Positions 1 to 12,900 of a DNA stretch of 64,000 nucleotides are shown here, in pieces. This DNA comes from Trichodelitschia bisporula (Eukaryota). Made by a program: the position numbers and the translations under genes. The stretch is taken from the NCBI GenBank assembly GCA_010356995.1, contig ML996704.1, positions 248,001 to 312,000 on the forward strand. Reading direction: 5' to 3'. The notes beneath the pieces are model-generated. The model searched no databases, was not told the DNA's origin, and was given only the letters and a program-made list of their open reading frames with translations. The stretch's first letter is position 1, and each line of letters starts with the position of its first letter.

Positions 1-1815
1 AAGCCATTCCTCACGTGACTTGGTGATACGGGTAGCTGGAAGAAAGAGCTTGGTGCGGGCCAAAAAGTGCCAGTCAAACTCCAAAGACGTCCCAGAGAGA
101 AAATGATCCTGTGTAATCGGACTCGGTTCAACAGCAGCTGGCATATTGTGCCATGTTCTTTTCCGAATGCCCTCGTAAATACTGTATTCAGAGGATAAAT
201 GGAGTTAAGAGATCAGACTGCAAAGCAATACTCTCATAGCCTTATCCGGACAGTTGTCGTTGCTTTGACCACGGCGGCCGTGAAAGCGCGCGGAAGTTTG
301 CCGAGTCAACATCTAGATGTCCCCACAGCAGTCCAAGTCGATCGACCGCCCCTTGATTGTGTTCCTTTATCTAGGGAGGACTGAGCTTGCGGAAAGTATT
401 TGCGAATCTCATCGGAGAAAGGAACAGACGCACGTAGCCGATATGGAATCTAGACATGCGAGATCTGCATCGATGATGCTGACGGTACGGTACTGTGCCG
501 GTGGACATCCATCAGATAGCAAATGCTGTCGCGGTCACAGCATTGCAACACTGATCCACTAGAACGAGAACTACACGCCAAAAAGCCCACGACATGGCAA
601 CAGCGACGACGTGACAGTCATGCAACACTCAACGGCAATATAAAACCCTTTGGTGAGACGAACATCAATCGGTCAAATGGCGGAGCAAAACCCCAGCAGG
701 CAAATCCAGCCGCTACGCTCCTACTCGTCCGCTTAAGGCGCCTTTGGTCTGTTCTTTCCCACCCCCCCCCTGGCTGCCTCGAAAGCATTGGATGATGGCG
801 AGCTTTGGACCGTGAAGCCTCTTGGCGTGAGAGGTGAGGACTGAAAGCAGAGGCCGGGCAAGTGAGAGAAAAGAGGATATGTAGATGTTCACATCCTTGC
901 ATCTCTTTAATCCCAAATCAACTTCTTCAACAATCGCTGCTTCTGCTCCTCCAGGTTGCTGCAGTATCGAGATATCATCTTGCCATCTCTATCTCTCTCC
1001 TTTCTTCAGACGTCGTGCCACTTCGTTCTCTCTGCCTCTTTCTCTCCACACACCCCCCCCCCCGGCCGGCCCAGCCATTTGTCTTGCATAGCACCGCGGG
1101 ATCAAACCTGTCCATATCGTCCTGCCTGCTTTTGGATGAGCCCTTTGTTGGATTCCTCCCCAGAGATTTCTCATCTGATCGTCATCCGTCTATTTCTACA
1201 TTCACCATCTAGCCGCTATTGTCGATTGTGAGCAACCTCCCACTGCAAGCACCGCGAAAAGGCCACTCGACTGTTAGCTCAAGCCAGTACCATTTTTCCT
1301 CTCACCGAATCGCACAGCGTTTCGGCAAGGGCCGCCCTCGAGCATTAACCCGGTCTCACAGAGCACTTTGGACCACCACCGCTCAAAGGCCTCAATAAAC
1401 TGTCGTACGTTGCAACGCTTCTCTTCCTTCTTATCATACCATTCCATCAAACCCAGCGGCGTTCATGTTCAGGCATAATCATCGCCAGCGCTGTTGGGAA
1501 TCGCTGCGCCATCCCGCCCTACTGTGGTGAAGGCGAAAAGCGTCCAACTGTTAATTTGCAGCCGCCCTGCCTGCGTTCCACTCACTGACCGGCCTGACCA
1601 CACACTAGAAACCTGCAGGTGCTTTATCTGACGATGAAAACACCTGCTTGAAGCATCTCGACATTCAGCGTCTTCCATCTGCATTCTTGCTTTACCGAAC
1701 ACCACTTTTCATCGGTTGCTCTGCTTTCGACAGTTGTACAGGTACCGGTGATATTTTCCCAGCTGGGCAAATCCAGGCATTCGGGGCTCCGCCACCTGAT
1801 CAGGGACAAAACACC

Positions 1816-4800
1816 ATGGTTCAGACGCGCCACCGCCAACAGTCCATCGTTAGCAATCCGGAAATGAGTGCACTACAGCGTAAGTATATATTTTCTCAGC
1901 TCAACAGATTCCAGATCATAAAATGCAAAGATTTTCCTTCGACTGACCCATACCCCAGCCACATCGCCCCAATCTTTGCTGCGGCGATCTAAGCGAAGTT
2001 CAAGTAATGCTCCTTTGGCCTCCGAAGCTGAATTGCAGCCGCATCGTATCGCAACTCGCAATGCAGTCCGTGCCAATTCCACGATCAGCTTGGATAGCCG
2101 ACGCAACTCATTTGAATCGACAGCTCACGTGGGCGGCGTCGACATTGACGCTTTGCGACCGGCCAAAAGGTTTCGGTTTTCTGGTCCCATTAGCGATGAG
2201 CGAATTCCAGAGGAACTGGATCAGTACTCACCGCCCATTCAGGATGAACGCGTTGCACAGGTCGCGCAGGAAGGCAATGGAGATGTCGCTGACGCAACCG
2301 AAATGGACCATGTTCAGAGCACCAAAGACAGCACGACGAACGGCCATTCCAACATGACTAGCTTTGAACTGGAGTTGAAAGAGTCTCCAGTACCCCCAAA
2401 GCGTCGTGGCCGCTGGCCCAAGGCTGCGCAATCAATCACTCCAGTGGAATCGGCCGCAGGAACACCCATGCCTGGGACGCCGTCCAACGGCGTGCTGCAT
2501 GAGAACGGCTTGGGCGAGCTTAAAAAAGCGGCTAAGCGCATGCCTGGACGGCGACGCGCCCCGAATCCGAACGACAGCATCGAAGCGGATCTCCGCCGCC
2601 AGCTCACGCTCAAGACCGCCTACCGCAGTGTTGCCAGGGCCTTAAAGCCCGTGCTCGCAGAACTCGCTCAACGTACAGTTCGTGAATTGGAAACTGATCC
2701 AGAGGCTCACCGCCAGAGTGAGGAGTATGAGGCTATTCAACAGGAGCTCGCCATTTATTTCAAGGAGCGGCTTGCGCAAATTGAAAGTGAGAAGCGAGTG
2801 AAGCAGAATCAGAAAGTACTTCAGATGGATGTCGAGAAAGAGATCATGAAAGAGCAATATATAGTAAGAGCACTGTTGTCTTGTCGGACTATACTAACAG
2901 CATCAGAATGTGTTCCACGACCTTCAATTCGATTACGAGCTCCGTGCGCAGAATGAAATCCTCGAGCTGGCTCGGCAAAACGAACGGGAAGTGGATGAGG
3001 ATGCTACAGACGACGAGGTGTGTACCAGGGTCATTGCCAATCTCGCAGCTAACGTAGCATAGGATGGTGTTATTCCGCCTCTCCATAGATTTCCGACGGA
3101 GGAGAATCCGGCCGAGGTTCTGGAGAAGAAGTTTGACTCTCGCAGCCGCTTCTTCCTAGAGACAGAACGGCTCGCGCAGAAGTTCGAATACCGGGCGGTG
3201 GTCCGTGCGGCCAAAGATCAAATCGTCGAGGAGATGGTCCAGGAAGATCCTTCAGATTCTAAGGCCGCTCAAGTCCCAGATACGTTCGGAACTTTTGATG
3301 CCTCGCAGCGGGAGCACGCCCTCGGAATATTGAATGCCCGGATGTTGATCCAAGCCGCAGAGTCTATCCAAGCCGCAGAGTCGCTCCCTGCCGCAGAGTC
3401 TCTCCAAACAAACACCTCACCACCACCTCCTGACACGCCCGCCAACTCCAACGTACCTGTCAACGTATCCTCGCTACATCTCCTGGCTGATTTGCTACTC
3501 ACCGAGCCACCTCCCCCAACTGTGATCACCGCTCCTCCCCCAACTGTTTCCCTGACTTCGCCAGCTGCCGCTAAGCCGAAAGGTAATACTGGTAGCTGCA
3601 CTAATCAGATCGAAGTGTTTATTGACACCGGGAGCAGTACCCTCGCCGGTAATGAATCAGCAGCATTGGGTTCCGTCTTCCCGTCCAGACGATGGGGATG
3701 ATGACGATCCCCGTTCTCCCGGTCACCAGGATTCATCCTCTGACGCCATTTCATCGAGCCCTCAAGCTAACGGAGACTGGACGTGGCGCGTAGCTGCCAA
3801 CACGCGCCCAGCACCCGGTCAGACTGGCGAGGATAATGATATGGCTGAAGATGATCATATGCCTTTGCCTCGGACACCTAGCCCGGAGCCGCCGCCGCCA
3901 TACAGCGAGAGTCAGAGCACGGGCGTGCCGCTCTTCCCGGTCGGTCATCCTCCCCTTGACGGACCACCAACCGATGCGCACTACGTCACGTCTCCCCGGC
4001 AGAGCGGTGCGGATGAAGCTGAACGCTACATCACTCCAATCCCCAACGCTCCAACTACCAACAACAGCATCGTTCCCTACGGCGCTGAGGGGCTCACGTT
4101 CCCAACTTCTGACCGGGTCCGAATTCCAGCCAACTCTTCAGACAGCGCTTCAGACAGCGATATAGACGGCGTCCACGCAGCTCCCATCCGCAACGCATGG
4201 CGGACCAATCCAACTGGCTCTACATACAGAGGGACACAATCCGGCAACGCACCAACCATGAGGCAAAACAGCAACCGCAACACTGGCTACCCTGCACAAA
4301 ACCGGCCCCTCCGTCCGAACTACGCGCAGTACGCCGTCAACATCCCCGCCTTCCCCCCACCCCCCCAGCAAATCATCGTCCACCCCCACCGAGGCGCCTA
4401 CGACGTCACCATAACCGCCCACAACCCCTCTCAGTACCCTGGGCACGTCTTCATCCCTCCGCCTCATTTCATCCCCCCGCCTCCGCCTCCTTTCCCCGTC
4501 GCCCCTCCTTCGTCACAATCGCATATCAACTTCCATGGGCCCCAGTTCGGCATGCCCGCTGGATCGAACCCTACGATCGGTTTTACAGGCTTCCGCGGCA
4601 ATCGTGGCCGCGCCCGCGGGGCTCGTCGCCAGACAACCGACCGCACTGGGATGACGGAGCGCATGCAGGAACAAAATCAGTACCAACCTCCACCGCGGAA
4701 CACACGTCGCCCGAACGCGCAGGAGCAGATCCAGGATCAACCGCCACCGCCGAGCCTAGGTTACCAGCCCGACCATCGCGGAACCCTAGCCTCGAACCTC

Positions 4801-5094
4801 GCCACCGCCGTCATCGAGCACGCCCAAGACGCGGGGCTGCGCCGGAGCAGACCCGAGCTACCGACTATGCTTATGACGGCGCTGCGCTCGCCGGAGGAGA
4901 TTCGTCTTAGGGAGGAGACGGCGCGCGCGCAGAGGGATGAGGCGTTGCTTAGGGTTGAGCTTGCGAGGGAGCAGGTGCGTGCTGTGAGGGAGGCGAGGTT
5001 TAGGGAGGCCGAGGAGTGGAGTGGGGAAGTTCGACGGATTGGGGAGGGGGATAGTGGGAGTGGGAGTGGGAGTGGGAGTGAGGGGGAGGAGTAA
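1816..5094 (+). CDS. Large, mostly low-complexity hypothetical protein (basic AT-hook-like motif, coiled-coil, Pro-rich C-terminal half), probably nuclear
   Basis: ATG at 1816. Introns 1880-1958 (GTAAGT..CTGAC..CAG), ~2864-2906, ~3019-3062 and 3583-3637 join ORFs 1976..2956, 3198..3701 and 3622..5094. Motifs PKRRGRWPK and helical IEADLRRQLTLKTAYRSVARALKPVLAELA. Family not recognised. Confidence 0.7.
5053..5080 (+). repeat. (GGGAGT)n hexamer tract encoding Ser-Gly repeat at the C-terminus of the first gene
   Basis: agtgggagtgggagtgggagtgggagtg read directly; translates SGSGSGSE. Confidence 0.8.
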
Positions 5095-5505
5095 GGGGGT
5101 AGGTGTGATGGGTGCGCGTGGTTGTGTGTCTGCTGGATTTACTCTGGAAATGACGCCTGAGTGGTTTGAGGAGGGTTTTGGGTTGAGGGCGAGGGTTGAT
5201 GATGGACTCTTGTGTGATGGACTCCTGTATGATGGACTCTGGTGTGCGGGCGCTGGATTCTGACATGCATGGCGATGGCGATGTTTGAAGTGCGGATACC
5301 CTGTCTTGTTTTCTGCGGATTCACAGTGCATGGAGACAAGTGCGTGTTGGCTCAGAGTCGAGCTGGTACTGTAACTAGGCTAGACAGACGAACGATTTGA
5401 GCTGAAGATCAATTACTCGTGTGTGCTGTACATCATAAAGCGTAACCCAGACCATTCATGTATCTCATATACGTGCACTCCCCCCCCCCACCATCATCTC
5501 CATCC

Positions 5506-8020
5506 TCACCCAATCCTCTCCTCGCGACACGTCCCCTTCTCACAAATCATAACCACATTCTTCTCCGCATCCAACGCCTTCAAAACTTCACTCCTCCCCC
5601 TCAGCCACCCCTCCCCCGGCCTAACCCTAGTAACCGTCCTCAAAACGCCCACACCATCCCTCTCCCCCCTCCACCTCTCCTCACACTTCTCACCCTCCCC
5701 AGCGACAACAACCCCCCTCACCCCCAAACGTCCCGCAACAACCGGCTCCATCAATCCCACAAACAAAAACGGATGCTGCAACACCTCCGCCTCAAACGCC
5801 GCAGTTGTCTCCCTTGCCTTTTTCTCATACCCCTCATCCTCTAGATAACTAGCCAAGCGCAGAAGGTTCCGCGCACTCGCGCCATTGGTGCTGGGCTCCG
5901 CGTTATCCAACCCGTCCTTGAGGCGCAGGATCAAGTCCGTGGCGTTGGCGGAGGTGCTGAAGAAGCCGCCGGCGCGGGAGTCCCAGAAGAGGGCGATTTG
6001 GGTGTCTAGTCTCGTCAGCAATCGCAATGGCGTACACATGTAGCCCGGGGCTCACTCACGCTGCAGCTTCTCCGCCCATTCCAACCACCCCTCCTCGCCC
6101 GTCGCCTCGAACAGATCACACAAGCCCGCGATCAAGAACGCATAATCGTCCGCAAATCCAGGAGCATCACCGGGGCCCTCGCGGAACACGCGCTTCGCCG
6201 TGCCCCTCTCCTCGTCGTACAGGTTCTGCTTAATGAACAGTGCGGCCTTCTTCGCGGCCTGAAGGTACGAGCTCGCACGCTCTGGGTCTTCGGTCTCAAT
6301 GGCCGAAGCCACGCGCGCAAGCGCCCCGATCGCAAGGCCATTCCACGACGTGACGATTTTGTCGTCCAGCGCAGGACGAGGACGCTCCTTCTCGCGGTGC
6401 GCGCGGAGTTTCTCCTTGCCCTCCTGCAAGATCCGCAAGACTTCATTCTTCTCCAGGCCAAACTCCTTAGCCAGTGCGTCAGGCGTAGTCGTAATAGCCA
6501 GGACATTTTGATTGATCAACTCATCGTGCGCGTCATGTTCCGGGCTCACGTTGCCATTCTCCTGCACGCCATAGTAGCGCCCAACAACCTCGGCGTCGCG
6601 GTCTCCGAGGATGGACTGCAGCTCTTTTTGCGTCCAGACGTAGAAGGCGCCTTCGCGCTTTTCCTTGTCCGTTGAGCGATAGTACGAGTCAGCGTCTTCG
6701 GCGGAAAAGAAGCCGCCTTCGGGCGAGTGAATGGGTGCGCTGGTGAGATAGGTCGCAATGTCGTGGACTGTGTCGAGATGCGATGAGTCTTTGGTGATGA
6801 GGTAGGCGTCCAGGTAGACGGCGAGGAGCTGCGCTTGGTCGTAGAGCCTATTTGGACGTTAGACTCTGCAATATCAAATGAATGAAATGAATGAAATGAA
6901 CCATCATACATCTTCTCAAAATGCGGCAGGCTCCAGTCCCGCGTAACCGAATACCGCGCAAACCCATTCCCAATCTGATCATGAATACCACCGCGCGCCA
7001 TACGGGATAATGTCTCCAGGGCCATCTCACGAGCCTTCTCACACTCCTTCTCCCCGACCACATCTCTCACTTCCTGCGGAAACTCTCCCAGGCGGAGCAA
7101 AAATGCCAGATTGCTCGGTGTCGGAAACTTTGGTGCGTCCCCGAATCCGGCAAAGGTGCGATCATACCGCTGGACAAAGTGATTATACGCCTCTTCCAGG
7201 AGCTCGAGATCGAGCGTGACCCCCAACGTCTGTTCCTCGCCATCTTCTCCCTCTCCGAGGCTAATCATGCCCTCCTGCGTAAACTCCCTCAGATCCTCCG
7301 TGATCTCGCGCGCGCTCTCTAGGCACTTCTCGCGTTGCGTGCGCCACACATCAGCCATCTTCTTCAGCACATGCATGAAGTCAATGTGTCCAACCGCGCC
7401 GCTTCCTACCGTGCTTCCTGGTCCAGGCCAATATGTGCCGCCGAAGAGGGGTTCAAGGTTGGGCGTGAGGAAGACGCTCAGCGGCCAGCCACCCGACCCA
7501 GTAGTCGCTTGCACGTAGTTCATGTAGATACGATCGACGTCCGGGCGCTCCTCGCGGTCCACTTTGATGGGGATGAAGGAGGAGTTGAGGAGGGCGGCCA
7601 CGTCATGGTTCTCGAAGGACTCGCGTTCCATCACATGGCACCCTGTCGGGGCGATTTAGCCACGGCATTGCGGAGCGGAGAGGTCATGGAGACATACAGT
7701 GGCAAGCGGCATATCCGATGCTCAAAAATATCACCCTATTGTGTTTCCTGGCCAGTTCGTGCGCTTCCGGTGTCCACATTTGCCACGCGACCGGGTTGTT
7801 CATATGTGATCTGACCTGTCGTCATCTCAGCTTGCGCTCAGGCTTCATCGTTATCCCTGCGCATCGCCGAGATAAGCGGGAGCGGGAAGTGACATACATA
7901 GGGACTCCGACTCTCAAAGAGGCGATTGACCAGCTTCAAGTTTGATTCGCTGCTCGACTCTTTCCCGGTATTCGCCTGTGCGCCTGCAACAGCATCTTTC
8001 GAAAATACGCGCGTTGCCAT
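5506..8020 (-). CDS. SPATA20/YyaL-like DUF255 protein (thioredoxin-like domain plus alpha/alpha barrel)
   Basis: Spliced exons give NRLFESRSPY-VRSHMNNPVAWQ, ACHWCHVMERESF, IKVDREERPDVD, GGWPL, APKFP, GGIHDQIGNGFARYSVTRDWSLPHFEKM, LDDKIVTSWNGL and DNAEPSTNG. An in-frame upstream ATG exists at 8248. Confidence 0.93.
6877..6900. repeat. (AATG/AAATG)n microsatellite in a SPATA20 intron
   Basis: aatgaatgaaatgaatgaaatgaa. Confidence 0.7.
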
Positions 8021-9038
8021 GATGGCAGTATGTCTCCCCAACCGGCCAAATGAGGATAGAGGCCCCCTACTTGAATGCTGGGTGTACCGACGATAAGACC
8101 TTCTCGCAACCGATCTGCAGCTGGAGTGAACAGTGGTGAGAATGCGACTTCGACTGTGGAGTGGTGGCGATGCGAAACGACAAAAGCGGGGACAATGCGA
8201 CTGCCGATGCGGGGTTTGTCTGGGGACTGAGGGGTGCACAAAGCGCATAAAGGCTGACGCCTTAGATTTCGTGTATCTCGAAGGCAAGAAAGTGCGTGCG
8301 ATAACGAGACGGAGAACAAGAAGCACGGTCAAAGAGGAACAAAGGGGCGAACAGCACAATGAGAATTCGAGGACAGATGTACAAGGCACACAAGTGAAGT
8401 TGATCGAGTGAGTGGGGTTAACGTGAGGCGCATAGCGGGACAGCTCGGCATGCAAGCACTTCGTCACCAGCGACTGGGGTAGTCTTGGCCTTCAAACGTC
8501 TTTTGACGGGAAGGGAATGTCGATCCCCAACCACCAAAATGGAGCATGCTGCCGGCGTATCCCCAGCATATTAGAGCCTCAATTACCCACCGGAGGGACA
8601 ACCGAAAACCTTACTCCAGAGCGGTAGAGACGCTGCCCGATCCTTACGATACGGGTGTCAGTGAGAGCCGCACGGCCGGTACCAACCTTACGCCGCTTAA
8701 TATATAAGGACACCGACCACACGAAGCTTATTTCAACCGGAAAGTTCACATATCGCAATCATGAAAAATGGAGTTCGAGTTTGATTCGTTGGCGAAACCC
8801 CCAACCCGTGCCCGTGGGCTAGCCGAAGTATCTACGTAGAACTGACATCTGGCTCACCCTTGGAAATGCAGACACGCCAGACGCCACAAACCCCCGAGGT
8901 AAATTGTGTCGTTCCCTACAATAGGTTTACGCTAGATGCCACTACCAGGGCTGACACATATCGAAGAAAGAAAACACACCGAGTAGATCTGACCGTTCAA
9001 CACGCTACCCGGACTACACCATGCACCGAACGAACCCC

Positions 9039-9978
9039 TTAGTAGGTGGTGGTGCCACTGACCATCGGCTTGCCCAGAGGAGGCAGGACGTTCTTGTCAA
9101 ACTCGCCCAGGAAGTTGCCTGAAAATTCGTTAGCATCATCATTATCAGAAAGGAACAGAAACACATACCAGGAGACTTGTAGTTGCAAACCGTGAAGTAG
9201 GGAGGAACATTGCCACCGGTGTTGGCCAGACCCTTCCCAGAGCAATCAACAGTAGCGCAACCGACAGAGGTGGTACCCTTCCAGACGATCTGGGTGAAGT
9301 GACCGTAGGTGTCGAAAGCCTGCTCGTTGTTCAGGTTGGAGGGGGTGGCCTGCCCGTAGAGACCAGCGAAGTTGCCAACCTCGTTGTTGTAGAACAGATC
9401 GGAGATGATAGACGCGATATTGCTAGCGGGAGCGCCAGCAGCGATGTTCTGGCCGTAGCCGCCACCACCAGTCTTGCTGTTAAAAGTCAGTATGAATTCT
9501 TTGGAACACAAGGATATGAAACCTACGTGTCATGAGCGTAGACGCAAGAGCTACCGATCTGCTGAGCAATCGAAGCCAGGCTGTCGTCCCAAACCAGAGC
9601 CGGAGCCGAGTGGTTGGCGCGATGAGCGTTGTGATGATCCACGACGGTCTGAGCGTAGGAGTTAGGAGCCGAGGAGCCACCAGTCGAGACAGGAGCCGCT
9701 TCAGACGCAGGAGCCGAGTAGGTGTCAGCAGGCGCCGCAGCAGGAGTGTCGACAGGAGCCGCAGCCGGAGTCGGAATGACATAGGTCACGACAGTGGTCG
9801 CCGCCGCCGCAGGCTTGCCCTTCTTCCACCAGCCCTTGAAGCCGCCGGAGGCCGGAGTGGGAGCGACCTGATCCTCGTAGACGGTGGTGTACACATCGGT
9901 GACCTGGGTGACGGTGTAGCCAGCCGGAGCGGCAGCCACAACGGCGACAATGCCAGCGATGATCATAGAAGAACGCAT
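9039..9978 (-). CDS. Secreted CAP/SCP (PR-1/PRY-like) protein
   Basis: Signal peptide MRSSMIIAGIVAVVAA, Ala/Pro/Thr linker, HNAHRANHSAPALVWD, YGQNIA, GHFTQIVWKGTTSVGCA, CNYKSPGNF. Two introns (~9479-9526, ~9119-9168). Confidence 0.93.
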
Positions 9979-12900
9979 GCTGACGGTTGTTGGATGCTTT
10001 CCTTTGGTATGTGAAGACAAGTAAACTGTTTGAGTTGCGGGATCCCTGATCTCCGGATAATTGCTGAAGTGAATGTCAGTGCTGGTTTTGCGACGTCAAG
10101 AGCGAAGCGGATTTCGAAGGAGTGGACGACGTTTGGCGAAAGCAAGGGAGATCCGAGGCACGCGGGAGCCTTGTCGTTATAATAGGGAACAGCGAAGATG
10201 AATGGAAACAGTAGTGAACGAACAAGGCAAACAGTTTGTGCAAGGGAGTATGCTTCGGATGCAAGTCACGCAGGCGGCGCTTAGTTATTGTATCGGCTTA
10301 CCTCAAAGCGTACTTTTGTGGATTCCTCACAGAGGTTTCAAAGGCTTGGAAGCGGTACAACAATCGAGGCAACCAGTGCGACAAAGAGGGTGATGTGCGA
10401 ATAAAGGATTGGACCTTGGGATAAGGACTGAGAGAGCGACTGAACAAAGGAACGTGATGCACAAGTGCAGAAAGAGAGCGTGAAGATGTGGAAGAATTTG
10501 GGGGTTGTAGAAGAAGAGGAGAGGAATCCCCAGTGGCTCGTTGGGGGGTTTATAAAGGCCTGGGGTATCGGCTGCTTGGAAGCAATCGGTTGGTTGGAGC
10601 TAGTCGCTTAGCGGCTGGCGCTCTACGGCAGGTACGAAGGAGTCGCGCAAAACCCTTGCACTTTCCATCATTGTAGAGAAGGCTTACTGGCTGACTGGGC
10701 TGGGCTGGCTGAGGGGGAAGGAAAGATGGCGTTGATGGTGGGCTTGTCTTTGCGGGCGGCCTTCTCTCTCGCGGGCGGCAGGTGCAGGCGCTAGGGTCCC
10801 CGGCTGAGGCGTGGCCAAATTGGCTAGGATTTTTGAGGGGGGGAAGCCACGACCTTCTGGTGAAGGTGAAGGAGGGGCAGCTGCTCGGACCACAGTTTCA
10901 TGTTTCCCGCGCCTTGTGGGCAGCCGGTCGCTGTTTCCTCCTCATTGCACCGCACGACAGGGTGAACACCAGTAGTTGACGGGTGCATGACGAAACGTTT
11001 GGTTTTTTTAGGTCGCGGTTTGGAAACAGCAGGAGCGATCTACCTCAAGGATGGTCTTGATTTGATTGATTCGATTCGGGTTGCTGCTAACGACTACCCG
11101 GCTCTCCCCCACGTTTCTGGGTTTCGCTCTCTAGCTCTTTGTCTCGACGATGCCCATTTCCAAAGTGTGTATCTTCTACGCCATCCATTGGCGTGGGGAT
11201 GAACGCAAGAACGGATGCTCCCATGGAATAATGCTGCAGCTTCCCGTATTAGTCTGCTTTGAAGTGACAAGAAATAGATCCACATTGCTTGACCACCCCC
11301 AGCCAAGCTGTATCCCCCTCGGACTTGCGTCCTGGGCCTTCTCTGGCCCAGACTGTCTAGTCCTCTTACTACCGCCATCACCACCACAACCACCCCACAG
11401 CCGCCGCCGCCCGCAGTACGGCAGACGGAACATTTCACCTACCCCCCCGTCTCTGCTTCTTCATCCTTCTCGGGCGCCCGCGCAATTCACTCAGGCCCGC
11501 CCAGCATCCTCTCATCAGCAGGGGAAATAGATCTCTTGGCCAAAACTCAGGGGGCTAACCGGGTTCCTGTGACGACGGTACCTGGTTGAGGGCGGCCGGT
11601 GGAGTACCTTGGCTCTTGCTTGTCGTACTCAATCACACGCTTAAATGTTATGATGGATTCGCACTTCTTCAAGTCCCGGTACAAGGTCGAAGGTCACCGG
11701 CAAGATGAACAAGAAGATCCGTTGACAATGGGGATGCGGGTTGATGTTGTGAGAGAAGAGGGGTGGTTGGGCCCTAGTCTGGCCCCTGCCCAGTCCTTCA
11801 TGCAGGAACAAACCAAACACGCGCGGGAGCCCTGACATGGGGCACCCTACGTAGTAGTGCGACAAATCCCTGTCTCCCCCTCGAACAAACGCCCATTTTA
11901 AATTTTGTGCCAATGTGAAGCTGCTGAACCGGCGGCCATTTGCCCTTTGAGGCCTCGACGTAATACCCACTGCACATCACATACTCGCGGCCTGATACGT
12001 GCTCAGGCGCCCATCAGGTTTAGTCCCTGAGTAAAGGTGCAGATATCGCGGCTGGCTGACGAATTATCGATTGCGATGTGCGATCTACCGTAGTCCGCAA
12101 CGGGCAGCCTTGAGATTACCCCCCCTACTACCCCGGAGGGACGGCCGGTGATCGACGGGGGGCAATCATAGGATCTGACCCTTATCCCCCGGCCTCCCCA
12201 CACTTCTTTGAGAAGGTTAAAGGCCCAGGCTCAGCCTCGCATCATCCTGAGCTTACATTTGTCAGACAGTTCGTATAAACCGCCATTATGAAAAGCGTGG
12301 AGATTGTTGTGCTTGAGATCTGGGCGGGCATCTATTTTTCGCACTCTGGCATCGTACAAGCCTACCTCACTCCTCCGGAACTTCCACCGGTGTCACAGGT
12401 GGTTCGGGCTGGGCTTGCGACATGGGATTCTGGAACACCGATCACGCTTTCGGAGCACTGAACATCCGCCTACTGCGATAAGAGTCCGATATATAGCGAA
12501 GGGGGCAGCATGTCTCGCTGCATATTTACATAGCCCCGAGGGACCAGATGCCTTCACTTCCCCGAGCATTCACCCTCCGCGACCGTCGCTCAACACTCCG
12601 CCTGGCCGCAAACCATGGCGCAAAGCAATCTCCCGGTGTCCGCTAATACTGTACTGTAGCTCCAGCAGCATTGCTCACTCTTGCATACACCAAACCAATG
12701 CGCACTCCGCGCGTCGCACAACTCATGTCTTTCACGCACCCGCAGCAGCGCAGGTCCAATGTCCTTCCCAAACCGCCATGTCGTGCATCGTCGGTCTCCT
12801 CACGCAGCACCACCACTCCCTCCAATAGGCCCTCAAAGCGTCCACCCCGTCAGCAGGCAGTGTCATGTCGGCTACGCAAACCCATCATCGCTAATATACA

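Noticed and set aside
5621..5635. CTAACCCTAGTAACC telomere-like / telomerase-template-like motif
   Set aside because: Single imperfect unit inside SPATA20 coding sequence.
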